In this document: one piece after another, positions 26,701 to 41,680 of the stretch
How the letters are laid out: each line of letters starts with the position of its first letter
Numbering within the stretch: position 1 is the stretch's first letter
Assembly (NCBI GenBank): GCA_951406725.2
Contig: OX597816.1
Span: 28,458,001 to 28,522,000 of the forward strand
Direction of reading: 5' to 3'
From: Octopus vulgaris
Lineage: Eukaryota
Length of the DNA stretch: 64,000 nucleotides
Translations under genes and position numbers: made by a program
The notes under the pieces: model-generated
Told to the model about the DNA's origin: nothing
The model's database searches: none
Seen by the model: only the letters and a program-made list of their open reading frames with translations

Positions 26701-28044
26701 GTGTGTGCGTGAGTCTATATACAGACACATAACACTACTTTGCTACAAGTACATATATGCAAAGTGGCGTTTAGTGGCGGTAATCTGACAGTATGATCGG
26801 CATTAATATCTATAGCGTTATTCTGAACTAGGGCTTACAAATGAATGTAGGTCTATGAGGTTTTGCAGAATATCATTATATTATTACGAACAGCATGCAT
26901 TTGCTGACGATATCCTTCCTTATACGACATCTTGTTTCATCCATTTATAAAGCAATTCAGAATTTAGATTTAATATACACTATCAAGAACCCTCTTGCTT
27001 TCAAAGTGTCTTTATTATAAAGCTCTAATGAGACTTCTACCTCGTTTCATATTATTCACGCCTGATCTGCCTTCTCATCACGAAATTCCTCCGAGACCCT
27101 CAAATATGCCAGGTCACCCGAAGGCAGAGTTGCCTTTTGGACGGCCTTCGCCCTATGACTTTTACCACCATGCACACTTCTTTTGCACTTTAAATTCATT
27201 TCTTCTGATCCAATAATTACTTCTGTTTTCTAATCTTCTCTGCTCTCTTTCAAAAAACACAAAGCCTGGCATGAACTTTTCTTAAAAGCTTTCTACCCTT
27301 CGGCACTATTAATTGCAACCGTATTATATGCTATATTTATCACTTCACCTCCAGCAACAGGCTCATAACCTGACGCAATAACTAATTCTATGTCAGTGAC
27401 TACGTTTATTGAAAACCACATGAAACTCATATGTTGTATCAAGTGTTGGCAGTTTAGTTAAAGTATATAAATTAGATATTTCATTAAATCTGGTCCGTAT
27501 TTCAAAATTAAAATAATATATATTCGGAACATGTATACTATGAATAAAGATATCGAGTTGATTTATGGCAATCATTAGAGAGATGTAAATTCAGTAAAAA
27601 GGAGAAAAAAATCGATGCCTTTCAAATGTATTGATTAAGTAAGAAAATTACTGTTGCATACACATACTGAAAATATAACTGCGAAAGTGTCTATGTGTCT
27701 CTAGGCATGCTGTGCTGCTTGTGTGTGAGTACACACGTACGCGCCCCCTCCACAACTCCGCCACATATGTGCAAACATGTATAAGCTTATGCATGTATGT
27801 GTCTGTGCGTTTGCCTATATATATATATATATGTGTGTGTGTGTGCTTGTGAATTTGTGATCATGTATGTATACTTATATATATAAATATGCATGTACAT
27901 TTATAGATGTATGCGTGCACACATACATACATAAATGCATGTATGTTTATACATATATATATATATATATATAATATAGCTAGAGATATCTATAGATGTA
28001 TACGTATGTGTGTGTGTTTCTGTCTGTGTGTGTGTGTGTCCATG

Positions 28045-28077
<33 letters not shown>

Positions 28078-28617
28078 ATGCATACTTGTATAGGCAACCA
28101 TATATGCATTACCTACACACATAACTGAATACGTTTAACGTCCTGAAATATACGCATAAAAAAAACAGAAACAAAAGCAGGTATTGCAAATAGCTTTAAT
28201 GCATTAATATAAATCAAGTGGAAGAAATGTTGGCAAATTGCCTGCTGCTCTTGGTTGGGTCACTCTAACCACTCAGACTGGAGCGCTTTAAGATATATTT
28301 ATTATTTTCCTTGCTGATCAAATTTTCTTTTCTTTCTGGCGACAGAAAACAAGTTCGTAAGTAGATAATAATTGGAAATATTTAAATCAAGATTGTTTTA
28401 TCCTACTAACGGCAGCTACTTATTCAGTCCCCGTGCAGTAGTTTATGAAAAATAGCTCAAGAAACGAGGAGCGAGGATTTATCAATTAATCTGTCTGTAT
28501 CAATCTCTAACCCTCTTTCACTTTGTGTGTCTCTTTAGATTTCGTGTATGTGTGGTATGTATGTATATGCACACAAACACACACACACATACACATTCAC
28601 GCGCACACACACACATA

Positions 28618-28822
28618 CAGTAATCCTTCGGCTATCGCGGGTGTTACGTTCCAAAAAGCCCGCGATAGTTGCAAATCCATAAAGTAGAAACAGTACTTTT
28701 TATTGTTCTATTATTTTTATATATATCTTATTACAAATGCAAAACCATACCACGGTGGAATTTGATGCAAGATTAAATAATAAACCGCGGTAAGTGAATC
28801 GCGATATCGCGAGGGATTACGA
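28618..28822. mobile_element. pogo/Tigger-like MITE
   Basis: ta|cagtaatccttcggctatcgcg ... cgcgatatcgcgagggattacga|ta imperfect TIRs with TA flanks. Confidence 0.6.
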
Positions 28823-29018
28823 TATATATATATATATATATGTATATGTATATATACATATATATAATAATAATATATAGGAGTATATCCAAACTTACAG
28901 GGAAAAATTATAAATTTTATATTTTATATTAATTATTTTTTTGTTTTTTTTATGTTTTGGTTTATGTCTATCACTGTTTGAGTTGCATAATAGTGGTTTT
29001 ATCTCTAATTTAATTTAT

Positions 29019-29087
<69 letters not shown>

Positions 29088-29140
29088 TATATGTGTAGAT
29101 ATATATGTATATATATGAATATCTATCTATCTGTCTATGT

Positions 29141-29608
29141 AAGGATTGGAGACAAACACTTTCTTCTCTGGTAATCTCTCATCAACTTCTTCAAGTATCA
29201 CTTGAAAAGGAAAATGAGAGTAGAGAGGCAAGTTTTGTTTAGCGAATATTTTAAAAAAAGATGGGTCAATATAGCAAGGATGGCACGTATGAATGACGAA
29301 GCCACCTTGAGCATAATCCTATGAACCCAGAAATTGAAAACAGAGGGTTACCCACTTGCAAACAAATGTGGTAACATGTAACAATATTGACCGAGGTTAC
29401 CGTCTTTTCCGTAGGATTTTCTTCCCACGGATAAACATTATCTGCTTCCCCCTTTACACCGTACATCATGACACTGTGATACACGATCCCTCTTGATCGA
29501 AAACCTACCCCACTTTTTTTTTCTTTTATTTTCTCTCCCAAAAAAGAAAAACTCTACTTTGTAATCCGTCCCTTCTGTGTGCAGCCCTGTATGGCTAATA
29601 AAGAAACA
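29141..29608 (+). mobile_element. Second, shorter 5'-truncated copy of the Tx1-like LINE (ORF end plus 3' UTR)
   Basis: Homologous to ~23500-24063 with the same aataaagaaaca end; preceded by atctatctatctgtctat and followed by tatcta. Confidence 0.88.
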
Positions 29609-29612
29609 TATC

Positions 29613-29701
<89 letters not shown>

Positions 29702-30920
29702 CATATATATTACCTAGATATAGCGTCAATTCTTCTATAAATTTAGTACATATCGATGTTCACCTTCTGCTTGCAACTACGTTTATAGAAGTTTACGGGA
29801 ATGAGTTGACCAGATGGTTATGTATCCCCATGTCTTTGATGGCCATAGCAGCAAAAAGAATAGTATTCAGGCTTCAAGCGAGAAAATGACTTTCAGATTT
29901 TGCTTTGCTGCCTCCGAGAGAAATGATTTAACATGGCTCTTGCGGAAGACCCGTTTTGTTAAGTACTAGAATTCCTGTTCATTTAATGAAATTCAGCGAA
30001 AAATATCCATAAGATTAAACAGAGATGCAGACAGGCACCCACCCACTCAATGACATGCATTTCAACGACACAGACACAAACACACTCACAAAACATAACG
30101 CACACGCACATACATAAATACGCACACGCACATCCACATACACGCGCATGCACACACACGTACTCTTACACATTATATGTTTATACGATATATACATGTA
30201 GAACACATATACATACGTGTGTGTGTTAAAGAGTGAGTGGGCGCGCAAGTGCCTGCTCAAGGAAGAAACAACGGCAAGAGGCTATTTAAAATTCTAAATA
30301 CCAATGACAACAGGTCTAGACCAGCAGAATCACTAAAGTAGAAAATGGTTCAGACAGCGCTTCATCTTACAATTACTTATAGTTCGCGGTTATTCTGTCT
30401 AAATACTTTCAAACTGGTTGCGAAGTGTCTATAAATCCCTGCAGTACATTGCGGAATCATTTTAGACACGAAGTAACTGCGGTGTGGCTGCGGCACAGCT
30501 TTGAAAGTGTTGGTCGGAAGAAATTGGTGCTAATTTTTTATTTTTAAAGGCTGGTGCTTATTTTACTGATTTTTTATAGAATTGCTAAGTTCCAGAGATG
30601 TAAACAAGGCAACATCTGTTGTATATGTGGTGGACAAACACATACACAGACAAATACACACATACACACACGCACAAACACACACACACATACACACAAA
30701 AACATATATAAGTATATACACATACGTGCATGCACGTATATGAATGTCTCACACTTTCTTTCTCTCTCTCTCTCTCTCTCCCTCTCTCTCTCTATATATA
30801 TATGTATATGTATATATATATATATGTATGTATATATATATATATATACATATATATGTGTGTGTGTGTGTATATATATATATATGTGTAGATATATATG
30901 TGTGTGTATATATATATATG

Positions 30921-30995
<75 letters not shown>

Positions 30996-31402
30996 CATAT
31001 ATATATAAATAATTAAATATATATATAATGGAAATGTTACACAAAGAAACATATAGGATATAACAATAGACATACACACAACATTTGCAGTCATGTTCAA
31101 CTCCTAATTCATCATCTGTCCACCATTATCACAATGTCGTAAGAGTGCACCATTATGGTGCAAATAGACTGCGTCTGCCACATAAGTTGCTGGGTTATAA
31201 ATGAGTGGACGTTGTAGACGATCAAGCAGAATAACAATGGTACAAATCACAACAACAAGAAAAGGTGAAATTGCTGACTGAACAAAAACTAAGGACAGTT
31301 CGCTTCTACTCAATTAATTCAGTCGAAAAGCATGTGTGGAAAATAAGTCTCAGGTGCAGAAACATTTGCCCACAGCAACAACACAGAGCTTTATGCATTC
31401 AT

Positions 31403-31455
<53 letters not shown>

Positions 31456-32005
31456 CAGTAACACAAGAACAGGCATGCACACGTAGTCTAAACGCACACA
31501 CGCTTAAAATCAAACACACACCCTATATAGACGGAGTTGGCTCTAACAATATCAGGTAAATATGAGATGGTTGCATTTTATTGAAAGCCAGATTAACTAA
31601 ATATTCATTACTACACTAATCACTGCGCTCTGTATTGCCGTGGGATATAAATCACTTGTTTTTCAAGCGAAATATATTAATTTCACGTTATGAAACAAGC
31701 GTTGGTTCATTGTAATGCAAGAACAGCTAAAAGTTGAAACAGATCTAACAAACACATTCATTTCTTCGGCAGTGGAAATTATATTATTGCAATTAAGTAA
31801 TTAAGCTCTATTATCTATAACAACAGATCATTCAATAGATTTAATATGGATCTCTGTGTCTCATTCCACTTTGCGTCTCTTATGTATGTCTACACGCGCG
31901 CGCGCACACACATATACACAAGCACAACACACACACATACACACATAAATCTGTGTTTGTATGTGTGTTTCTTTCTAAGTGGTGTATTATATGTATATAT
32001 GCACG

Positions 32006-32078
<73 letters not shown>

Positions 32079-32090
32079 ATATGTATATAC

Positions 32091-32172
<82 letters not shown>

Positions 32173-34097
32173 GTCTACATGAGTTTTTGTTCGTGTGAAT
32201 GTGTACAAACACATACAGATGTACGCATGTACACACACACACGCACACACACTGCTCTCTCTCTCTCTCTATATATATATCGTTATTACTACGTTCATCC
32301 TTTAATCTGAACTCTAACGTACACGCACAAGATAGACACAAACATCGACTTCAATGTGTCTGGTGGTACATCAGTGTTGACGAATACAAACAATGTGTCC
32401 ATATGCCATTTCCTATTGATAGCAAACTACAAAGAATGATAAACGAATTGCGAATTTGCCTCCGAGAAACCGTTTGAGAAGAGAAGTAGTTCTTAATATA
32501 ATAATGATGCTATATTTGCTATTGTGTCAAATATCATTTGTCCTTTACAAGACGTATTCCACTAAAAGTTTTTCGCCATGCAAGCATTCCAGCGTAAGTG
32601 CTAGCAACAAAATCATTCTGGAAGATTAAATACGCCTTTAGAACTTCTGTTGTGGTATTTAAATAAAGGCATCTACACCATGCTTTTGTCATAAATTGCC
32701 TAAAAATCCAGATACTTTTAGGTGTCTTAAATTCATTTGTATGTAACACTTTAATACAGTGTATTTTTTCTGGTTCAAAACTAATTGTCTTAATTGTAGG
32801 GAACAAGAATACTTTGATTTATTTCAACTAGAGACAATTTGAAAGTCAGTATTTCGTCGAATTCCACATACGTTTCTGAAATATCTAGTGACCCAGAAAG
32901 ATCATATTTTCTTGTTCAAGTCTGAATTTAACAGATAACTGTTCATAATAAATCATTAATTTAAGGATACATAAATTATACATTGTTAATAATACATAAT
33001 ATACTGTAAAACATAAGATCCTTTTCAAAAATTTAGCTCTCATATTTGTATAAACGTCTCATTATAAGAACATGAAGTGAATTCTTAAATGTCTGCTAGT
33101 ATTTTCTTCTCTCACACATATATATACATCCATACGTACAAACAGATATGTAAAATTAATGAATTCATTTCTTAATTAAATTATTCTTTTCTGCATTTAT
33201 CATGAATATTTTCATTCCTGATAACAGAGGAATCTAATGTTTTGCATCTCTTAAATTTTGTTGAGTTAAATGTGATATCCTAGATCAAATATGTTAAAAT
33301 CATGGATTTTGTATTGAAACTACGTGAATATGTTTATCGCATATGAACTTAACTAATTGAGAATGCATACACAGTTGGCTACTGATAGCATTATTATTGT
33401 CTCTTGCTCTGAAAATATAAAAACGAACGTGAAAACAACACAAAATACAGAAATATAGCTTGCATACAAAAACAAACAGATATATCTATTCTAAACATTA
33501 TGTTATCCAACTTGTATAATTATTTAAAATCACGTATTTGTTTGCTTAATGAATTTGTTGAGATGCGGACTGATTATAACTTTGACAGATATTTGAGAAA
33601 CATGTAAATCTAATTGATTAAGTCTTATGATAATTTGAAGAAAATAGTGATTTAAAAAATGCAAATATCTGTATGATGAGGATTATAAGATTTAAAACCC
33701 AAGAAAGATTAGTAAACATACTCTTGGTGGTGGTGGAGATATGTAAAACATCGCATGATCGAACAGAGATATGATGAGTGCTGTCCCAGTCATGACCATT
33801 CAGTAGTTTTCATATATACAACGTCTACAGGGTTTGGTACATCTTTTCTTTTCTTAAGATACATTGTACGATTTCAAGGAGATTTCTTGAAATCACGTAC
33901 CAATTCTCACTGAATGTTATTGCAACCCAATATCAGAGACAGTTTGAATCCCACCACGAATGACAGATATATATCTGGCATTTAGTGAAATTAGACAGCG
34001 AAAAGATTTGAAACCTGGCTGTAAAAAATACACACATAAAGCGCGCGCGCACAGTGACACACATAGATATACATGCATAAATATATATATATATATC

Positions 34098-34149
<52 letters not shown>

Positions 34150-34150
<1 letters not shown>

Positions 34151-34292
34151 GACGTCTACCAAATCCACTCACAAGGCTTTGGTCGGCCCAAGGTTATAGA
34201 AGAAGACACTTGCCTAAGGTGTCACGCAGTGTGACTGAACCCGGAACGATGAGGTTGGTAAGCAAGCTAATTACCAAACAGCTACTCCTGCG

Positions 34293-34294
<2 letters not shown>
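34150..34294 (-). mobile_element. SINE family B, 5' half
   Basis: Reverse complement of the head of 63656-64000 and 42581-43020. Confidence 0.8.
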
Positions 34295-34342
<48 letters not shown>

Positions 34343-34359
34343 CTACTGTATACATTTAC

Positions 34360-34410
<51 letters not shown>

Positions 34411-35128
34411 TATATATATAGATAAATATTTATAAATGTATACAGTAAATTATTTATTTCACTCTTATATATAATATTCACGTTTGGGAAAATGATACCC
34501 TTGAAGGAAAATCGATGTATAAAGTTTCCTAGTTTCCTGGGGGAAGCTTCATATTGGTCAAGCTTGAAAGACATGGATAAATATTTTAGAAAATGACTTC
34601 GATTCTGCTGTAAAGCATAACATTGTTGATTAGTGTCATATGACAAAATTATTGTCGAATCGATAATAATATTCTAAACGTGTATTCACTTCTATCGATT
34701 AATCCATTTAGATATAATATAGACAATATGATATGAGGCAAGAAGGTAATTACTGGAAAGTGGATCGTGATTTATACTTTTCATACAAACAATTATTACC
34801 AATTTATTAATTGTGTATCTGGAGTAAAATGTGCTGTTGTGCAGAGCGAACCAAATCAAACACCGTTGTTCACAGTCTGTTGTACTCTATGATTTATTCA
34901 TGTTTGAATAGTGTTCAAATGCTTGGAAATATCAATATCCTGTTTGACTATTTTCAATATTTGTATTAGTGGATATATAATCGCCTTGTTAGGAAACTTC
35001 TGTTTTCTTTCGTCTTTTGAATATCCCCCTCTTACATAAATATAGATTAACATACACTTACATACATACCTACATATAGATACATACACACACAAATACA
35101 TACATACATACATACATACATACATACA

Positions 35129-35161
<33 letters not shown>

Positions 35162-35499
35162 TCATACATACATACATACATACATACATACATACATACA
35201 TTCTATCTGCTACAAATCAATATAATTGATTCCATTTCTCAGCACGATATAACAACTAGAGGATTTATACGCTTCAGTAGATTGTAATAAAAACGCAAAG
35301 TAATTTTCTTGCGGATACTACTGTCTGTAGATACACATAAATAACAACTAGGTAGATAGATGAGGGAACACTTATAGGCTATAGTTACAACTGCTTGATT
35401 TGTATCTCTGATGCTAGCTGCTACTCACAGTTCATCCGTTTAGAACCATACATGATAGATAGCCTTACACGACACAAATCATTAGGCAACAGTACTGTC

Positions 35500-35772
35500 A
35501 TCATAACACAAAATTCTTCATATAAGGCATCACCCTCTACATAACACACAACTCTCTACCCAAGAGATATTTCTACAGAACATACAACTCTCAACAGAGT
35601 ACAGAACTCTATACGTGGCACAATTCTCTACATAATATATAATTCTCTACATACACAGCACTCTGCACATAATACTGTGCACTTTGAATAATTCATTACA
35701 GCCTACATAAAGCACACACTCCTAGAAAAGTATCTACGTAGTACACCACTTCTATGTGCCATAGAACTCTCT
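35500..35772. repeat. Old diverged minisatellite, ~20-bp unit (ctctacataacacacaa-like)
   Basis: ctctac/ctctat/ttctac recur at roughly 20-nt spacing. Confidence 0.5.
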
Positions 35773-36183
35773 ATGAAAAAATATTTGCATACGAATAGAG
35801 TTGTGTTAACAACAAACAAGATGAGTATAAATATCCGTCAAATGTAAATAATGTAAATAGTATACATAATTCCTCATCTCTTAAATATAGAACAAAGTTG
35901 CGCATGTCACCAGTTGCAGTTGATTTATAAGAAAAAATCTTACATTCCACTGTTGCTTCTTGCAAACCTCCTTAGGAGGAAAGGTTTCTTGTATATTTTC
36001 ATAGTTTATATTCAATGTGTTCTCATAATCAAAGAAGTCCATTGTTGAGAAATACAGATTCGGAAAAGCAAGTATCGTACCATGTTTGAAGAACCGAAAG
36101 ACGAGATTTTGAGATGGATCCGGTTTAAGCTGAAGAAAGACAGGAAATGGCGAGCCCAGGTAGACGAAACAAAGGTAAGCCTG

Positions 36184-36416
36184 TTTCTTTGCTACCCACA
36201 AGGGGCTAAACATAGAGAGGACAAACAAGGACAGACAAACGGATGAAGTCGATTATATCGACCCCAGTGCGTAACTGGTACTTATTTAATCGACCCCGAA
36301 AGGATGAAAGGCAAAGTCGACCTCGGCGGAATTTGAACTCAGAACGTAGCGGCAGACGAAATAGCGATAAGCATTCCGTCCAGCGTGGTAACGTTTCTGC
36401 CAGTAGCCACCTTAAT
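36184..36416 (-). mobile_element. SINE family E, full length (central domain resembles the Meta-SINE domain)
   Basis: Minus strand tRNA-like head, gtcgactttgcctttcatcctttcggggtcgat core; 14-bp TSD caaaggtaagcctg / caaaggtaggcctg (36170-36183 / 36417-36430). Confidence 0.85.
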
Positions 36417-37078
36417 CAAAGGTAGGCCTGACGATCAAAGAAATCATGGGACACACTCAGGCTACTAAGGTTGTAATGAACGTAGCGTATATAGAATGGT
36501 GCCTAGAGACCAGGGTAAAGATAAGAAGTGATCTGATTCCACAAGTGGTGAGAAACGAAGACAGATATCATAGGAATTCAGAAGGCAGTACAGCAGAGAC
36601 AAGAGGGCCCGTGGAGAACGTGGGAAGTTGCATAGAAAAAGTGTCTCAACTGGAACTACTTGTGGAATATGACATCTCTGAGATAAATTTTTATCCTGAG
36701 ATCTCTCTATAAACTTCTGCCTTGAAATACAAAGAGAAGTGGGAAAATTGGATAATCTTGAGTTCCCACTCTCCCATATTAAGCAAGGAGAAAATGGAAC
36801 ATATTCTGTCTTCTTGCAGAGTAGCAGGAACTCAGAACTAGCCAAAAGAAGGTACATTTCTAATACTGCGTAAACTGGTATTGCAAGCAGAGTTGGTAAA
36901 GGAATAATTGTAGCTGACCAATAAAGATGAGTTAATGTAATTCTCTGTCTTATTATTTGAATAACACACACACTCATACAAACTCACATGTTCTTTTATT
37001 GCTCTACATGTTTCACCCACAAGTCTATGGCCAAGCTGAGGCACCGTCAGTATTTGTGTATGCGGATATATATATATA

Positions 37079-37229
37079 CTGTTCTGTCTGGGGAGAATCA
37101 TTCTCTTGTCGTGCCTTATTATTTAACACACTCACCGGTAAAATTTCCACTTATTTCTTATTTTTATTTTCGGTGAGTATGTTAAATAATAAGGTACTAA
37201 AAGAGAATGACTCTCCCCAGACACAACAG
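37079..37229. repeat. Imperfect inverted repeat (~60-bp arms) starting at a (TA)n tract
   Basis: tgtctggggagaatcattctctt...taacacactcaccg versus cggtgagtatgtta...aagagaatgactctccccagaca. Confidence 0.8.
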
Positions 37230-37286
37230 AATATGCTTCAACACACGAACTCATATAAATAATCTTGCAAAGCAAATAAAAAAACG

Positions 37287-37332
<46 letters not shown>

Positions 37333-37340
37333 ATATGTCT

Positions 37341-37393
<53 letters not shown>

Positions 37394-37826
37394 TGTTTTG
37401 TGCATATATATATATACATGTATATTAGCACAAACACATGTATGTCTTTGTTGTGAGTGAAATATACATGCCACAACATTCATAAAATTAAATCATATAT
37501 TATGTCTGTAAATACTTCCGCCAAATCAGAACTTGAAATCTACATTGCTTCAATGATTTGTAGACAGGAAAATATAAACATTACTAAGTAGAACTATAAA
37601 AAAAAGGATTTTAAAAAAATGAAAAATAAATACGTAAACAAAAGAAAATGGCGATTTCAAATACGTTCAGTACGAAACCATTTTAAAGCAGAGCTCCTAA
37701 TTTGTACGCATTCGATACGTAGAAGTTCTTGAAATCGATTTCATTAGCATATCATCTTTCATATCGGATTACAGAGATGAAAATGATTTTGTATCATGTA
37801 AATATATATGTATGTATATATGTTTG

Positions 37827-37878
<52 letters not shown>

Positions 37879-37881
<3 letters not shown>

Positions 37882-38105
37882 TTTTATTCTTTTATTCTTT
37901 TACATGTTTCAGTCATTTGACTGTGGTTATGCTGGAGCACCGCGCGTTGAAGGGGTTTTAGTCGAGCAAATCGACTCTTGTACATTTATAAGCCTAGTAC
38001 TTATTCCGGAAGTCTGTTTTTTTTTTCTGAACCGCTATGTTACGGGAACGTAAAAGCACCAACACCGGTTGCCAAGGTGTGATAGGGAATAAACACTGAC
38101 ACATA
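37879..38105 (-). mobile_element. SINE family B, 3' half, diverged
   Basis: Reverse complement of ggtgctccagcat...aatgactgaaac plus A-rich tail as in 42581-43020. Confidence 0.7.
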
Positions 38106-38271
38106 AAGATACGAGCGCGTACGCACACATATATATATGTATGTATGTATTTATGCATGTATGTGTTTGTATATATTTATCCACTCACAACCAAAGCCTC
38201 GTGAGTGGGTTTGCTTGATGGAAACTGAAAGAAGCTCGTCGTATATATATATATATATATATATCTACCTC

Positions 38272-38340
<69 letters not shown>

Positions 38341-39433
38341 TTGCAAAAGCATTCCATTGGCATTTACCCTGACCATGCCGTGACGTCTCAGATCTTTCTA
38401 AGTGCTGTATTCTTCTTTCAAACATGCATTGAAATTTTCGAGTAACAATATATTATCTGCATGTTAGTTTCGCCAAGGTTAACCTTGCCTTTCATCCTTT
38501 TGATAAAATAACTACTAGTTAAGTACTTGTTTGATTTAATAGAATTACCGCTCTCCCGCAATCGCTGGCATTCTACTGATATTTAAAATTGAAAATATAC
38601 GCCTTTGTAGATCTTGGTTGAAAAGACATGATTAATTCCTGGCTTCTATCGAGGGGAGGAGTAAATACCGACATGATAGTCATGAAATGTCACTAGACAG
38701 AGTAGCCCTGAAATGCATAATTCGATCACCAATACACTCTGGGCAATACAACTGATCAGTAACCTCTGTCCGGACAGTAAAACCTACTTTTTTGTTTCTT
38801 TTGGCTATTTTGCTTTCCCTTTCCGGAAAGAAAGTATATCTCTGATATAAGAACTTCATCACAGAAACTGGTTTCTGAGAACGCGGCTATATCAAAATTA
38901 TATCTGCTCAATTACCTGACTACAATAGCATTTGTGGGGGGAAACCCTGACAAAAAGTGTTTTATGATTTTACGTAGCAACATTCACTACGGTTCTAATT
39001 CTTTCGAAAATTCTTCAGAAAAATAATATTCTTGTTTCTCCAGCTGGTATGAGTAGCCGTCAGCCAGAGGTATCTGGGCAGTTTTATCGTGGAACAAACA
39101 ATGTTTAGGTCACCTTTTGTAAACCTCTCCCGATATTTAGGAGAACAGCGCTTTCACTTAAAAAGGACTGCTCAGTCACAAAACCCTCCATCAAAGCCAG
39201 TACTTGCTCCAAAAACTTACAACGACCCAACTCATGAAGCCGCATACGTCATTGTTTCACTATGCCACCAGGAATTTGAAGAGGTATATTCCTATGGACA
39301 TCAGAGCAGCATATGCTTGTGCTACATACTTAATAGCGTCTAAGTGTTAATAGCAAAGATGTAATGACAAGCAGGCGTGAAATAATTCGTAGCCATTTTG
39401 ACCACAGTCTTCCTCAGTCTCCTGACCAGAAGT

Positions 39434-39544
<111 letters not shown>

Positions 39545-40415
39545 CGTGTGTGTGTAAATTTATAAAATAAAATAGATGGAATGAACAGGGTTTAATCACA
39601 AATCACATTAATTGCTTCTGTGCAATGGTAACAGCTGTTAACTGCGATGTTTATTACAAAATTATTCAATAAACAATTACATAAATACATAAGATCCATC
39701 AGGTGTGTGGCTTTGATAGAACTGCAGTATGAACGATCGTTTGTAGAACATTTTATGTAATAGCATGATATGGAAAAATCACCAACTGACAGCTGCTACC
39801 ATTGTACAGAAACAATTGTGATTTGTGATAAAAGCCTGTTCATTTTATCTTCTTGTTTTATAAATTTGTACATAAATTCTACTTACACTAACGGATTTTT
39901 ATCTATATATCCAATAAAACGAATACTCTTGTCTTGGGAGGTCGCTAAACTCAATATTAATATCGTATGGAATCTACAGAAGTCAGTCAGATCACAGTTG
40001 TGTAACAAATACCCATGAGACAAGATCATATGCATGTACGTTTAACACTAGTTTTAACTTAAATCCTGGACTGCATTTTACTGTATAATATGCATAGTGA
40101 GTGATTATAAGAACTGGAGTGCAGCATACATTGGGGAGACTATTTTAGTTGAGTGACGAAATAAACGCTGATGTGAGCATAATGAGAGGAAACAGTCGTC
40201 TAGACTTTATCAGTCTGACAAAGATTAACTTGGCGGTATCCTGGTTATAATTATTATCGAAATTGTGTCTATACACCCGAGAGACATGCCGTTACAACAC
40301 GTTTCTTTTTCCTCATAAATGAGACATTGCGAATATCGAATAGAAAATATAGTAGGTGCTTGAATCACAACATCTCTGCCACTACCCACAAAATATATAG
40401 TATATAGTATATATT

Positions 40416-40512
<97 letters not shown>

Positions 40513-40529
40513 GTATATGTATGTATGTG

Positions 40530-40568
<39 letters not shown>

Positions 40569-40635
40569 GGGGGGGGGATAAAGTTGAAAATGTACTGAGA
40601 ATAGTAAGAATATTTTTTTATTAATATATTCAAAG

Positions 40636-40674
40636 CTTTAACCGGTTTCACAATTTACACTGATTTTCAAAAAA
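40636..40674 (-). ncRNA. Minimal hammerhead-like motif, U3-A8 core variant
   Basis: Minus strand: UUUU UUGAAAA U CAG UGUAAA UUG U GAA ACCGGU U AAAG; palindromic stem III; AAUAAA downstream, then (TA)n about 70 nt from the motif. Confidence 0.45.
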
Positions 40675-41011
40675 TTAAGATAGAAAGATGTGGCCTATGT
40701 TGCAGCTGTCTTGCTTCTGAAATTTTTTTCGTTTGGCACCATAGAGAGGGGACAGCACAAGGACAGACACAACACTTACTGTGGGGAAATAAAACGAATG
40801 AAAATGAAAAAAGAAATGCATAATGAAATGATAATAATGAAATGGCTGCATTGAACCCCACTTTTCATGCAGTACCATTTTACTGTTAATTTAAGTTATG
40901 AAAGTTTTCATCCTTTTTCTTTCCCGTTTTTTGAAAATTAATATCTATTTCCTATTTTCTTTTCTTTTCCTCCTTCGTTAAAAAGTCTATTTCTTTTTTT
41001 GTTTTTCAAGT

Positions 41012-41680
41012 TTAAAGTACTCCTTTATCATCATTCATTAGAGATATTAATTTCTCGTATGTAACTACTTCTGATAGTTCTTCAAATTCAGTTTGTTCGC
41101 CCAACGGCTTCACATCACCTTTAACTAGTTCTTTTAATCTTTTATACATTTCCTTGTCAATCACCACTCCCTTTATCTGTTTCGGGTAACGTTCAGCTGG
41201 TAATTTAATCCTTATGGCACCTTTAAACATCGTTATTTTCCGCTCTATGAAAGTACTTTATAAATATATTATTACATGCCACCTTCTCTTATTGGTATTT
41301 ACTTGTTTATTTCCCAGACCTGAACTGTCCGGGTTAGTTATTTCCTTTGGTTCCCCCGTCTATATATAACCACAATCATCCACCATTATATCTTCCACTC
41401 TGTTGTGATACTACTGCTGATATATCTGCCCAGTTCCTATGTACCTCCACTATTTTCTCCTCTACTTCCTTCTTTCGTTTTTTGTTCTCTGTCGGAGAGC
41501 TCCCCCGTTCCTTTCTCTTTCGCTTATCTAAAACAATAAATGTCTCCTCTTTATTTTCTTCTATTTCCGATCCTTCCTCTTCGTCGGGCTACTCTTGTTG
41601 TTCCTCTACTTCACTTTCTTGCTGAGGGCACTTTGCTTTCATGTGTCCTTCTTGTTTACATAGAAAACAAAGATTCAACT
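41012..41680 (-). pseudogene. Degenerate gag/ORF1-like coding remnant with a CCHC zinc knuckle
   Basis: Minus strand 41669-41628 encodes CFLCKQEGHMKAKC (CX2CX4HX4C), then an E-rich and KRKR-rich region with in-frame stops, then ORF 41012-41230. Confidence 0.6.

Noticed and set aside
37001-37050. Hammerhead-like motif CUGACGG...GAA ACAUGU A on the minus strand
   Set aside because: Stem I does not pair and A9 is mutated; counted only as a decayed member, not listed as a feature
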